64,000 bases of DNA, taken from the IMG/VR virus record IMGVR_UViG_3300009419_001390. One strand, 5' to 3'. The DNA comes from a virus. Taxonomy: Duplodnaviria > Heunggongvirae > Uroviricota > Caudoviricetes. Below are positions 47,149 through 57,018 of this stretch, piece by piece. The notes under the pieces were generated by a model that did no database searches, was not told the DNA's origin, and worked only from the letters and a program-made list of their open reading frames with translations. Position 1 is the stretch's first letter, and every line of letters begins with the position of its first letter. The translations under genes were made by a program, and so were the position numbers.

Positions 47149-48433
47149 TAATCTTTGCATGGCGCCATGGGTACACACATACCTGAGCCCGCAAACCGAA
47201 CGCAGAATGTGTTGTGCAAGTCGTGAACCTGCACAAAACTTTCAACAGTATATTGACACCAGTGCTGGCACTGGCAAATACATACCTATCACCCTAGACG
47301 AACATTGGAACGGAGAGCACATGCAATCCGTCAGGCGTAGAATGATGTCTGGTGAAACACTGCCTGAGTGCGAAGTGTGCAATGACAAACTGTTGAATAC
47401 ATCTGTATACAGAGACTACTTTAATCAATTGTTTGCACACAAATGGGCAGACGTACAAGCATCAACCACAGTTGATGGCACAACTACCATGTTGCCTGTG
47501 AGTTGGGATTATCGTTTTAGTAACCTATGCAACTTCAAATGCCGCATGTGCGGAGACATGCTGAGCAGTGCATGGGAATCTGAGCAACGACAACATAACA
47601 TGATACAATGGGATAATGCCCAAAATCATTGGATGAAGCCAGAAGTTCGTAGTAAAATAGCAGACTTCCAAGACAGCGTGGTTGAGCAAGAATTTGCACG
47701 TGCTGTTGAAGAACACCGAGTTGAAGAAGTTTATTGGGTGGGCGGCGAACCCTTGATGTACAGCCAACACTGGAAGTACATGCGCCGCATTATTGAATTA
47801 GGAGATGGACCAAATGTTTACGCTAGATACAACACAAACCTTAGTCGCGTTAGTCTACGTGATGTTAACTTATTCACCGATATTCTTGGTCATCTACGCG
47901 ATTGGCAAATATGTGCGAGCTTGGACGGCACAGGAGAAATTGGAGAATACATTCGCACAGGACTTGATTACCAGGCGTGGCTTGTTAACTTTCAACAGGC
48001 ACTTGCGATCCGCAGACACTCAAGGCAATTGAGAATTGATTTCACACTGACCCTGCCAGGTATGTTTGAAGTACTGAATATTGAACGTCTGGCACAAGAG
48101 CTAGACGTAGATGTTCTAGCAAAGGTTGTGTTTAGTTTTAGCCCGGATATAGTTATGTCACCTCTAGCACTACCTCGAGAAATACTGCACCCGTGGGTAG
48201 ACGAAATACTTGACCAGTTAAAGGTTTCTGGCGCCTTACGTGACACTCTAGTGCAATTAAAAACTAGGCCAACCTTTGCTGAACAATGGCCTGACATATA
48301 CAACAAATCTATTGTAAAAGGAAAACAACGTATGTTGCAGTTGGAAAAAATTAGAACGTGTTCAATTGATATGGAAAAAATTCTAAGTCAGCGACCAGCA
48401 GTTGCTGAATGGTGGAGAAGTATAAATGTCTAA
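47135..48433 (+). CDS. radical SAM protein 5 with N-terminal twitch-like domain
   Basis: CNFKCRMC, WVGGEPL; LCMAPW...MCC...CEVC. Confidence 0.9.
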   Translation: MNKPSNLCMAPWVHTYLSPQTERRMCCASREPAQNFQQYIDTSAGTGKYIPITLDEHWNGEHMQSVRRRMMSGETLPECEVCNDKLLNTSVYRDYFNQLFAHKWADVQASTTVDGTTTMLPVSWDYRFSNLCNFKCRMCGDMLSSAWESEQRQHNMIQWDNAQNHWMKPEVRSKIADFQDSVVEQEFARAVEEHRVEEVYWVGGEPLMYSQHWKYMRRIIELGDGPNVYARYNTNLSRVSLRDVNLFTDILGHLRDWQICASLDGTGEIGEYIRTGLDYQAWLVNFQQALAIRRHSRQLRIDFTLTLPGMFEVLNIERLAQELDVDVLAKVVFSFSPDIVMSPLALPREILHPWVDEILDQLKVSGALRDTLVQLKTRPTFAEQWPDIYNKSIVKGKQRMLQLEKIRTCSIDMEKILSQRPAVAEWWRSINV

Positions 48434-49562
48434 ACTTGCAAAACTCTTGCCAAAACTTGTGCCAAAATTTTTACAATTTTTTACAAACAAAAATCCTAAG
48501 ATTGTAAAAATAACACTGAGAAACAAAGAAGGCACAGAATTGTGTTATTTCATAAATGCATATGATCATAAACTAGCCGAAGACTGGATCGCTGAACTAA
48601 AGAAAGTAGTGCGTAGTGGTACACCATTAAACAAAACATTTTGTTTTTTAGGATTTCCGCAAGCTCCTCGTGATTTAGAATATCTTTGTCAGCGACTTAA
48701 TCAAGCTATCTACAGTATCAATACTTACGACTGGGCACAACACGGACTTGAACCTTATGTGATTGAAGAATGGTTCAGTCCCGACGTGGTTAGATTTGGT
48801 AAAGAATATCCTCGTCCTGCACAACTAGAACCTGGCATGATGTACATGACTCTAAAGAATAATGTAATGAACAGACTGCACAATCATTTTGAAAAACTGC
48901 AAGGAACCCTAGACAACGAAAGTGCATATCATCTGCATGCTCCGGCACCTATTAGAAAAAGCATTGGTATACTAAACACTGTGTGTCATGAAATTGAAAG
49001 CCTAGTTATCAGTCAAAGAAAATATGATATGTTGCCTGAGTGGATAAGGCCGTCACAGATTACTACATTTTTCAAGGCGCCAAGAGTGGCACTCAAACCC
49101 GAGCATAAAAAATTATTTCTGCAGAATGGTTATGATAGAGTGCTTGGCGGAGTATACATGCACTGGGCACAAATTGGTAAAACACTGTTTGAAGTGTTCC
49201 GTGACGAAAATGCACCCAAACTTGATGCCACCACGTGCGAAGCAATCACTCATCTCAAATACTATTCAGGAGAATTTGATATTGATTGGGGTAGAGATAT
49301 TGTAAAAGGATTATATCCCTGGCATGATCAACAGATAGAATCGTTCCAGCATTGGTTAGTTGATAACCAATTGGATCCAATGGATGAAAATTTAAGTTTA
49401 GGTTATTTGCCAATTGGACAAGTTGATCTGCAAAAATCTTTTGGCACAACAGATGCTACTGAAATATTGAACATATTGCAAGAATACCTAGATATCTATG
49501 CTATTGATGTTGACGGTGTTCGTTGTGTATATCAATACACCTGGCAAGAACAAGATGTATGA
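48426..49562 (+). CDS. hypothetical protein
   Basis: 378-aa coupled ORF; LHNHFE, YMHWAQIGK motifs. Confidence 0.75.
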   Translation: MSKLAKLLPKLVPKFLQFFTNKNPKIVKITLRNKEGTELCYFINAYDHKLAEDWIAELKKVVRSGTPLNKTFCFLGFPQAPRDLEYLCQRLNQAIYSINTYDWAQHGLEPYVIEEWFSPDVVRFGKEYPRPAQLEPGMMYMTLKNNVMNRLHNHFEKLQGTLDNESAYHLHAPAPIRKSIGILNTVCHEIESLVISQRKYDMLPEWIRPSQITTFFKAPRVALKPEHKKLFLQNGYDRVLGGVYMHWAQIGKTLFEVFRDENAPKLDATTCEAITHLKYYSGEFDIDWGRDIVKGLYPWHDQQIESFQHWLVDNQLDPMDENLSLGYLPIGQVDLQKSFGTTDATEILNILQEYLDIYAIDVDGVRCVYQYTWQEQDV

Positions 49563-50886
49563 CTTGTTTATAATTGATCTTGGCGGACAAGATGTTAACA
49601 TTGCCAGTATCCAACAACAATATCCACATGCACGAGTAACAAGATATTTTCACAGTGTGTTGGATACCGTCACACGATGCGTTAATAAATCTAATACCAG
49701 TCATGTTTGGGTCGTGTTGAGTTGTTCGGACTGTGTGGACTTTGATTTTGATTGGTATCCAGTTCCTTGGGAGTCTGCCCAGATTCATTGCTGGGCCGCG
49801 GGTGTTCAAAAGTTTGGAGACATACTGCTGGTGCCAGTTGCAGAATACAAACGACAAGCACCAGAACAGCTGGAATGGTTTGCTGATGTCAACTATCATG
49901 TGCCTGGACCCAAAAGGGTGGCGTGGCCTGAAGTGTATGTAGGCAACAACGATTTGGTTACCACAATCATGGCAACTGAATTTGAATCCGAGTATCAGTT
50001 GTTCAACTGCAATACATCACTAGCACACGTTGACACTGAACCTAGCTTGTGGGGAGAAAAACACCACCAGCTGATTAGTTTTTCTGCAGATAACAGCGCC
50101 AGCCTTGTGCCTAAGACTGCACAAATGCACCTCAAGACACAGGTTTATGATTACCTGCATCTAGTACGTGTAAACTCTGTAGCCAGTACACCACAAGACA
50201 TTGTGTTTATCAGTTACGATGAACCACAAGCTGATGAGAATTGGGCCACACTGGTTGCTCGCTATCCAAAAGCCAAACGTGTGCATGGTGTAGACGGAAT
50301 GGAAAATGCACTCAAGGCAGCAGCCGCATTGAGCGACACGCCTTGGTTTTATGCTACCTTTGCCAAAACACGATTACATGAAGACTGGGACTTTTCTTTT
50401 GTTCCTGATCGTTGGCAAGCACCCAAGCAGTACATCTTCAATGCACTCAATGCCAGCAATGGTTTGTGTTACGGGCACATGGGTATTATCATGTACCATA
50501 AAGAATCGGTATTGAATTCCAAGCCTTGGGAACAAATTGGCGGTATGGACTTTACCATGAGCTTTGATACAGAGTCAATTCCTTTGATCAGTGTGTATGG
50601 AGAGTTTGCTACCAGTCCGTATCAGGCCTGGCGCACAGCATTCCGTGAAGTAAGCAAACTGTGTCAATGGCAGTTGGACCGGCCTGATGTAGAAACAGAC
50701 TATCGCATCAATGTGTGGCGAACACACGCAACAGGTCCGCATGCAGAATGGGTTCTCAAGGGCGCAAACGATGGCGCGATGTTCTTTGCTGAGAATATCT
50801 CAAACAACAGTGAACTCAAGAAAGCGTTTCGTTGGGAATGGTTACAGGAATACTTTAACCAATTGCATGGTTTGCCTGATCAATAA
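49555..50886 (+). CDS. GT-like protein, paralogue of the 41085 gene with an extra N-terminal domain
   Basis: DIVFISYDEP, AKRVHGVDG, NGLCYGHMG, QAWRTAFRE match the 41085 protein. Confidence 0.65.
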   Translation: MYDLFIIDLGGQDVNIASIQQQYPHARVTRYFHSVLDTVTRCVNKSNTSHVWVVLSCSDCVDFDFDWYPVPWESAQIHCWAAGVQKFGDILLVPVAEYKRQAPEQLEWFADVNYHVPGPKRVAWPEVYVGNNDLVTTIMATEFESEYQLFNCNTSLAHVDTEPSLWGEKHHQLISFSADNSASLVPKTAQMHLKTQVYDYLHLVRVNSVASTPQDIVFISYDEPQADENWATLVARYPKAKRVHGVDGMENALKAAAALSDTPWFYATFAKTRLHEDWDFSFVPDRWQAPKQYIFNALNASNGLCYGHMGIIMYHKESVLNSKPWEQIGGMDFTMSFDTESIPLISVYGEFATSPYQAWRTAFREVSKLCQWQLDRPDVETDYRINVWRTHATGPHAEWVLKGANDGAMFFAENISNNSELKKAFRWEWLQEYFNQLHGLPDQ

Positions 50887-51736
50887 TCAGTGCAATGTCT
50901 AGTGCTTGCTGGGTATCAGTAACCGGTTGCAATCTATTCTGTACACAATCAACCCAGTGTTTTATTTCAACATCCAGTGGGGTCATGTCATGATTGTATT
51001 CAATTGTTACAGGAGCAGGATCTACCACAGCACGACGATTTTGTATTGCATGAGCTGTGACTGTGATTGTGTTTGAATCCTGATCCCATATCAGTTGCCC
51101 TGTAGTACCAACAAATACAGTTTCGCGTGTGCGTACAGGCCAATACCAACTGACGTCAATATCATATGTAACATCTCCAGCAGTGCCAGTGAAGTACACA
51201 CGATCAGGCTGTGTGTTGTTGCTGTAGTTCCAACCGCGAGCAAAGTCAACTGTCATGCGGGCTTGGCACACTTGTTGCACAATGCTCACATCATGTACTG
51301 CTAGGCTCAACAACGGATCTGTTCGTGTTTGATATATGCCCCAGTTCAATCTGCGACTGCTCACATGCTGTAAAGCACCAATTCTGCCTTGTGCAATCAG
51401 CGATTTGATTTCTTGCATTTGCGGATGTAGCACAAAGATGTGTCCTGCCATGACTATTTGATCACCTGTGACCAATCCTGCTAGTTCTGCAATCTTGGGC
51501 GCAGACTCTGCCATGGGCTTTTCAATGTACACATCATGTCCACGCTGTATCAGATACTTGGCTTGTTCATAGTGTTCCCACAGTGGCGTGGCCAGCATCA
51601 CAGGATCTTGAGTGTCAATGTCTTGTATGGTTTGACCATTTTTGATATCAATGATCTTGGCATGCACACCAAATCGTTCAAGACTTTGTAATACCTTGCT
51701 ACCCCAGTAACCTGCACCTACCAGCCACATGATCAT
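50855..51736 (-). CDS. Gfo/Idh/MocA-family NAD-dependent oxidoreductase
   Basis: GAGYWG, LATP..H, DVYIEKPM, LAVHD. Confidence 0.85.
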   Translation of the reverse strand: MIMWLVGAGYWGSKVLQSLERFGVHAKIIDIKNGQTIQDIDTQDPVMLATPLWEHYEQAKYLIQRGHDVYIEKPMAESAPKIAELAGLVTGDQIVMAGHIFVLHPQMQEIKSLIAQGRIGALQHVSSRRLNWGIYQTRTDPLLSLAVHDVSIVQQVCQARMTVDFARGWNYSNNTQPDRVYFTGTAGDVTYDIDVSWYWPVRTRETVFVGTTGQLIWDQDSNTITVTAHAIQNRRAVVDPAPVTIEYNHDMTPLDVEIKHWVDCVQNRLQPVTDTQQALDIALIIDQANHAIG

Positions 51737-52818
51737 TCGAAGAACTCCTTGACACAGTCAACAACATAGTTGACTTGATCGTTAGTCATACTTGGCCAAC
51801 ATGGCAAGCTAAGGATTTCGTTTACTGTGCGTTCTGCTACAGGGCAAGGACGATACCATGGCAAATATGCTGGCTGTTGGTGTGTGGCAGTGGCATAATG
51901 TATATTGGTGCCAATACCCCGGGCTTCTAAAAACTTACGGAGTTCATCACGTTGCGGTGTTTGTATAACATACACATAGTAACTGTGACTGTTACCTTGT
52001 ACTCGTTTGACTGTTTTAACAACATCTCGTAGATGATGATTGTAGTAAGCACAGATATCACGCTTGCGGTTAAGCCATCCATGCAACTTAGGAAGTTTGG
52101 CCAGCACAATGTTGCTTTGCATGTTGTCAACACGTGCGTTGTATCCTACTTCAACAATGTCGTATCGTCCGGTGCGTCCGTGGTCTCTGTACATACGCAC
52201 TTGATCCATCAAGATCTTTTGTCCTACTGCACAGCCAGCATCGCCCATGGCACCCAAGTTCTTCACAGGGTTGAAACTGAAACATGTGATGTCAGCAAAA
52301 CTTCCCACAGTCCGACCCATGAATGTGTTGCCTAGACTGTGTGCGGCATCTTCCACAATGTACAAATCATATTTGTCACGGATAGCACTTAGACGTTGCA
52401 TGTCTGGACACTGTCCGTAAATATCCACAAACAAGATAGCACGAGTGTATGGAGTGATTGCCTGTTCCAATAGTTCTAAATCTATTAGATGTGTGTCTGG
52501 ATCAATGTCCACAAACACAGGTGTAGCACCCACACTAACAATGGCTTCTGTTGTGGCAACAAACGTATGTGGGGTAGTCAGCACTTCGTCACCTTCTCCA
52601 ATGCCCAAGGCTCTCATGGCACACAACAATGCTGTGGTACCTGAACCTGTGCTGGCGCAATCCTCGGCTCCTACGTATTGTGCAAACTCTGTTTCAAACT
52701 TTGTAACATCTGGTCCAGTGATAAAACTGCTACTTGCAATGGTTCTTGCAATGGCTTCGTCAATTTCTATCTTGCAGTCTAGGTACTGCTGATGTAAATT
52801 AGTGAACGGGATCTTCAT
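51733..52818 (-). CDS. DegT/DnrJ/EryC1/StrS PLP aminotransferase
   Basis: SGTTAL, TFVAT.EAI...GA.PVFVD, EDAAH, SFNPVKNLGAMGDAG, LSLP.WP.M. Confidence 0.93.
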   Translation of the reverse strand: MKIPFTNLHQQYLDCKIEIDEAIARTIASSSFITGPDVTKFETEFAQYVGAEDCASTGSGTTALLCAMRALGIGEGDEVLTTPHTFVATTEAIVSVGATPVFVDIDPDTHLIDLELLEQAITPYTRAILFVDIYGQCPDMQRLSAIRDKYDLYIVEDAAHSLGNTFMGRTVGSFADITCFSFNPVKNLGAMGDAGCAVGQKILMDQVRMYRDHGRTGRYDIVEVGYNARVDNMQSNIVLAKLPKLHGWLNRKRDICAYYNHHLRDVVKTVKRVQGNSHSYYVYVIQTPQRDELRKFLEARGIGTNIHYATATHQQPAYLPWYRPCPVAERTVNEILSLPCWPSMTNDQVNYVVDCVKEFFE

Positions 52819-53756
52819 TTCTTAAGCCATTCATGGTAGCGTCGGAATCCTTCCTCAATGTCCACTTGCGGAATAAAACCTAGTTCATCTCTAGCACGAT
52901 CAATCTTGAGACTGGCACGACTTGGATACTCTGCATCTTTGTCCTGTATTTCAATCTCACCTTGACCAACTGTGGCAATGGCCAACTGTGCGGCTTCTAG
53001 CAGGGTGTGACTGGCAGAACGTGTGATATTATAGGTACGATTACTTGCTCTAGGATCTAAGGCAGAGGCAACAATACCTGCCACAGCATCGTCCACATAA
53101 GTAAAGTCCAGCATCTCATTCACGCCTTTGACCTTGAGCTTTTGGCCACGCATGGCCGCAGTAAGAAACTTACTCACCACCCGGTCTTCAATATCACGTG
53201 GACCATACACAGCAGAAGGACGTATAATAGTGTAATCAAAACAACCACGGCGGGCATAATCTTTAACAAGCCATTCTCCTGCAAGCTTCATAATACCATA
53301 CTGTCCAATTGGGTTGCACGGATCGTCTTCTCCAATGTCCTGTGTGAAGTCGCCATATACCATGCTAGACGAGATATACACAAAACGTTTTGTACCATGT
53401 GCTTTGGCAGCTTCGAGCAGGCTCATTGTACCGCCCATCATTACATCAGCACCCCAACGAGGATTTGCACTTACAACTTTCTGTCGTGGAAAACTGGCCA
53501 TGTGTATGATCACATCAGGTTGGTAACGTTTTACCATCCAGTCAACATTACCACTGTTGCTTTCTAAATCTATCCTGTGCAAAGGAGCTTGATACAATTC
53601 TTTGCGCTCTGCATGTAGCGCAGTGATTTCTTCTGCAGGTACAACACCGTAGTCGGTTTGATTGTCTAGGATACTGCATGAGTGTCCTAGTTGTTCTAAT
53701 CTTGCTACCACATTGTGCCCAATGAAGCCGGCACCACCTGTTACTAAAATGTTCAT
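52815..53756 (-). CDS. NAD-dependent nucleotide-sugar epimerase/dehydratase
   Basis: GGAGFIG, ISSSMVYG, YGIMK, RPSAVYGP, DFTYVDD. Confidence 0.9.
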   Translation of the reverse strand: MNILVTGGAGFIGHNVVARLEQLGHSCSILDNQTDYGVVPAEEITALHAERKELYQAPLHRIDLESNSGNVDWMVKRYQPDVIIHMASFPRQKVVSANPRWGADVMMGGTMSLLEAAKAHGTKRFVYISSSMVYGDFTQDIGEDDPCNPIGQYGIMKLAGEWLVKDYARRGCFDYTIIRPSAVYGPRDIEDRVVSKFLTAAMRGQKLKVKGVNEMLDFTYVDDAVAGIVASALDPRASNRTYNITRSASHTLLEAAQLAIATVGQGEIEIQDKDAEYPSRASLKIDRARDELGFIPQVDIEEGFRRYHEWLKK

Positions 53757-53983
53757 GTGTATTTCAACCTATAAATGATTTCGTCTCGTTCTTCTAGCTC
53801 GCCGGTGATGATCACTCGAAAGCCGTATGTTTCAGGGCATGGTCTACAGTGAAACACAATTTCACCTTTTGCATGTGCCATGACCCATTTACCTTTGTCG
53901 GTCTGTTGCCATTCATGGATTGGAAACCCAGCGTACAAGTACGGGTCTTCCACATCCCCCATGCTGAATTCGTGAAGTATCAT
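53753..53983 (-). CDS. hypothetical protein
   Basis: 76-aa coupled ORF. Confidence 0.65.
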   Translation of the reverse strand: MILHEFSMGDVEDPYLYAGFPIHEWQQTDKGKWVMAHAKGEIVFHCRPCPETYGFRVIITGELEERDEIIYRLKYT

Positions 53984-53990
53984 AGCTGTA

Positions 53991-54902
53991 TTATACAGCC
54001 ATTGCGGCAGAAATGCTAGAGTGAGATTGGTAGTTATCTAGCCGAATATCTTCCATGGTAAACTGTGTGATATCAGTTACTTCGGGATTGAGCCAGAGAG
54101 TTGGTTCAGGCAAGGGTTCACGTGTGAGTTGTTCTTTTACCTGGTCCACGTGATTTAGGTAGATGTGTGCATCGCCGAGAACGTGAACGAACTCCCCGAC
54201 CTGGAGGCCGCACACTTGAGCTATCATGGCCGTTAACAGGCTGTAGCTAGCGATATTAAAGGGGACACCTAAAAACATGTCACAACTTCTTTGGTACATC
54301 TGGCATGATAGCTTGCCATCTGCAACATAAAACTGAGCAAAGCAATGACACGGTGGCAGGGCCATGGCTTGTAATTCGCCTGGGTTCCAGCTGGATAATA
54401 TATGTCGTCGTCCGTATGGATCTGCTTTGATTCCGTTGATCAGATCTATAAGTTGATCAACTTCTCTAATAGTAACTCCACCTTCCAGACTGAATGTGTG
54501 CCCAAAGTCGTTGGTAAAGCTGCCACCTTGTATTACTTCTGGAGTACGCCAGTGTCGCCATTGTACACCATACACACGGCCTAGGTCGCCTGGATATTTT
54601 GCCTTGGGTTTCCAATAGGATGCTGTGGCATTGGCAGACCAAATGGTGTCCTTACTGGAATCCCTACTACCATGTAGTATCTCTCGTAGGCGTTTTTCGT
54701 CCCCCGACCCTTCAATGAACCACAGCAACTCGGACACAACACTTCGCCATGCCAACTTCTTTGTGGTCACGGCAGGAAAACCTTTGCTTAAATCGTAACG
54801 TTGTTGCATGCCAAACAAACCAATGGTGCCTGTACCTGTACGATCTGATCGTGTGGTACCTGTTTCTAAAACTTGTTTGAGTGCGTCAAGATACGTTTTC
54901 AT
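53991..54902 (-). CDS. thyA: thymidylate synthase
   Basis: DRTGTGT, ELLWF, GRVYG.QWR, ALPPCH, YQRSCD.FLGVPFNIASY, GDAHIY.NH. Confidence 0.97.
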   Translation of the reverse strand: MKTYLDALKQVLETGTTRSDRTGTGTIGLFGMQQRYDLSKGFPAVTTKKLAWRSVVSELLWFIEGSGDEKRLREILHGSRDSSKDTIWSANATASYWKPKAKYPGDLGRVYGVQWRHWRTPEVIQGGSFTNDFGHTFSLEGGVTIREVDQLIDLINGIKADPYGRRHILSSWNPGELQAMALPPCHCFAQFYVADGKLSCQMYQRSCDMFLGVPFNIASYSLLTAMIAQVCGLQVGEFVHVLGDAHIYLNHVDQVKEQLTREPLPEPTLWLNPEVTDITQFTMEDIRLDNYQSHSSISAAMAV

Positions 54903-55402
54903 AAAGGTCTAAAAATGTCTATGTTTTTGTATGTACACCAGTTGATGGTGCGTTTTTCGTTTGGACAACTGCTGGTAATTCTAGTGCTGTTTAGATATTT
55001 GTACATGTCCATGCGTACATCAGCATAGTATGAACCTTTACGATGTGCAATCCACATTTCATCACAAAAGTCTTTGGTTTGAATCAACAGGTCAACGCCG
55101 CCAATTATCCATATGTCTTTGTGTTTGTAAATTTCTTTTAGTGTTGGAATCACTGTAGCAGGATCACCGTTTACCACATGTGCGTTGGGCAAATAATTTT
55201 GACTGGTGAATACCACGCAGGTGCGGTTGGGCAACGGCTTGGGCATTTTAGGATCGTTCCAGGTGCGCCGGCCCATCACAACCACTTGACCTTCAGTGGC
55301 TTGTTTGAACCATGCCATGTCCTCTGGGTCATTGGCCCAGGGCAGGGAGCCTTTGTTGCCTAGGCCTCCCCGCTGGTCTACGGAAAATATACTACGGATC
55401 AT
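54899..55402 (-). CDS. folA: dihydrofolate reductase
   Basis: GLGNKGSLPW...EDM..FK..T, VVMGRRTW, LPNR, IIGG. Confidence 0.92.
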   Translation of the reverse strand: MIRSIFSVDQRGGLGNKGSLPWANDPEDMAWFKQATEGQVVVMGRRTWNDPKMPKPLPNRTCVVFTSQNYLPNAHVVNGDPATVIPTLKEIYKHKDIWIIGGVDLLIQTKDFCDEMWIAHRKGSYYADVRMDMYKYLNSTRITSSCPNEKRTINWCTYKNIDIFRPL

Positions 55403-55725
55403 GACAGAGATTTTAAGATATCGTCGGTAACAGGTTGCACAGTTTTTGCTACAGTTTCAATACTGATAAAGAAGTCCACATCCTTGATAATCTCATCCAT
55501 CTTTTTAAGACGATCGTTAAGTTCGTCTTTGATATCATCAGGGTGCATGCCTTCTTCCAGTAACTGAAGAATGTCAATTTCAACTTTGCTACCATCTATT
55601 AGATTAACGTGAATCTTTTCAAGTAACGAAACTGGAACTTCATCTTTACTAACTGTTTTTAATATCTGCTTCCAACGATCTCGCGCATCAACATTAATGC
55701 GCTTTGACTTTGGTTTTCGCGACAT
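55399..55725 (-). CDS. hypothetical protein
   Basis: 108-aa coupled ORF. Confidence 0.7.
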   Translation of the reverse strand: MSRKPKSKRINVDARDRWKQILKTVSKDEVPVSLLEKIHVNLIDGSKVEIDILQLLEEGMHPDDIKDELNDRLKKMDEIIKDVDFFISIETVAKTVQPVTDDILKSLS

Positions 55726-56407
55726 TTGTTTTTGTTACCTTCACAGCTGGTTTTGGTGTTAGTGCGACTGCTTCGTTTGTTAATCTTGTTACTTCGGCTA
55801 GCATGCTCACAGCTTGTTGTTTCATGCGTTCTGCTTGTTCCAACAAGTTAGCGGCAATTTGAGTGTCGGATAACACACCAGTGTTCAGTTCAGGAATGTC
55901 GGCTGGCTTGGCTGCGTTTGGTGGTACACCAACTTCGCGACCTTCGTTTTGTCTAGCTTGCTTCTTGGCAGCATTCTTGGCATTTTGCTCAGTTTGTTGT
56001 GCAGGTGTCCAACCAGTTACTTTGGCATCAAGTTCAGCAAGACGTTGTACAGCTTCTTGCCCTGTTGCCATTTCATTGAGAATGCTATTGAGTTCGTCAA
56101 GACGCACACTTGATTTCTGATTGGCTTGAACAATAACTTGGTTACAAGGAACCTTCTGAATCATGCCTTCCACGTGCAAGACCTGAAGTGTATTTTTACC
56201 ATCAGGCATGATGTTGCGGAACAGTGCATCGGCTAGATCGTTTGCTTGTTGACCAACTGGACTTTCAAGAACTTTCATGATCTCGTCATGAATCATTCTA
56301 GGTAACAAATCACTGTACACCAATAGGCACATGTGATCTTCGTTGGGTACTTGCCTGTATAGCAAGGCCGCTTTACGGCTATTGTGTTTTACTACGTGTT
56401 TAAGCAT
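55694..56407 (-). CDS. hypothetical protein
   Basis: 237-aa ORF, coiled C-terminal half. Confidence 0.7.
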   Translation of the reverse strand: MLKHVVKHNSRKAALLYRQVPNEDHMCLLVYSDLLPRMIHDEIMKVLESPVGQQANDLADALFRNIMPDGKNTLQVLHVEGMIQKVPCNQVIVQANQKSSVRLDELNSILNEMATGQEAVQRLAELDAKVTGWTPAQQTEQNAKNAAKKQARQNEGREVGVPPNAAKPADIPELNTGVLSDTQIAANLLEQAERMKQQAVSMLAEVTRLTNEAVALTPKPAVKVTKTNVAKTKVKAH

Positions 56408-56657
56408 TTTGTGTCTCCTCGAGTCCCGATGATGTTTCAGACTCTACGGGCTGGTCTGATTTTTTTACTGCGCCACTTGATTCAAGGAAACTCATAAGGC
56501 GATCGTAAAGATTGCCCACGACGCTCAATTCATCTGGCTTCCACGAAGCTCGTGAAGTGGCTAACTGTATAATTTGAGCCATCAGCACCAAGTCTTGCAA
56601 TCCTAAACTAGGTGCAGATTCAGTTTCGGGTGTTGTAGTGTCCGTTTGGTTTTCCAT
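56400..56657 (-). CDS. hypothetical protein
   Basis: GGAGAG RBS; L.LQDL....QII..A..R. Confidence 0.7.
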   Translation of the reverse strand: MENQTDTTTPETESAPSLGLQDLVLMAQIIQLATSRASWKPDELSVVGNLYDRLMSFLESSGAVKKSDQPVESETSSGLEETQNA

Positions 56658-56688
56658 TGTCTCTCCATGATATAAAATCTACTGCTAT

Positions 56689-56695
56689 TATTTAA
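56689..56695 (-). promoter_or_regulatory. late promoter core (TTAAATA)
   Basis: Intergenic, upstream of the 56657 start. Confidence 0.45.
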
Positions 56696-56724
56696 GAGTC
56701 GGAGAGCACTCGAGTTTTTTTTCG

Positions 56725-57018
56725 TTACCAAAGATTATGTTCGCTGGAATTGATTTGATCTAGAAACAGACCAAAATACGAAGCTTCGCTGTGACGTTCA
56801 AATGCTACTACTTTGCACATGCCGCGTTTGCCGGTATCATCCAGTGTGATTTTATCACCATAGTAAAAACGGCCACTTAGTTTGGTAAAGATCCAATCAC
56901 TTATGGTCTGTTCTTGTGCCTTTAGATCAAAACACACTTGCAAGAAATGCGGTGGGCAATGTTCCACACGCCGCAGTCCATGCACATTCAGGGGATTTAT
57001 TTCTCTATATTGTAGCAT
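56725..57018 (-). CDS. hypothetical protein
   Basis: INPLNVHGLRR..HCPPHF; start chosen at ATG 57018. Confidence 0.65.
   Translation of the reverse strand: MLQYREINPLNVHGLRRVEHCPPHFLQVCFDLKAQEQTISDWIFTKLSGRFYYGDKITLDDTGKRGMCKVVAFERHSEASYFGLFLDQINSSEHNLW

Noticed and set aside
41986-48433. RiPP (peptide natural product) cluster interpretation of the radical SAM run
   Set aside because: No short precursor-peptide ORF, RRE domain, peptidase or transporter was recognised nearby; the flanking genes are sugar-related.
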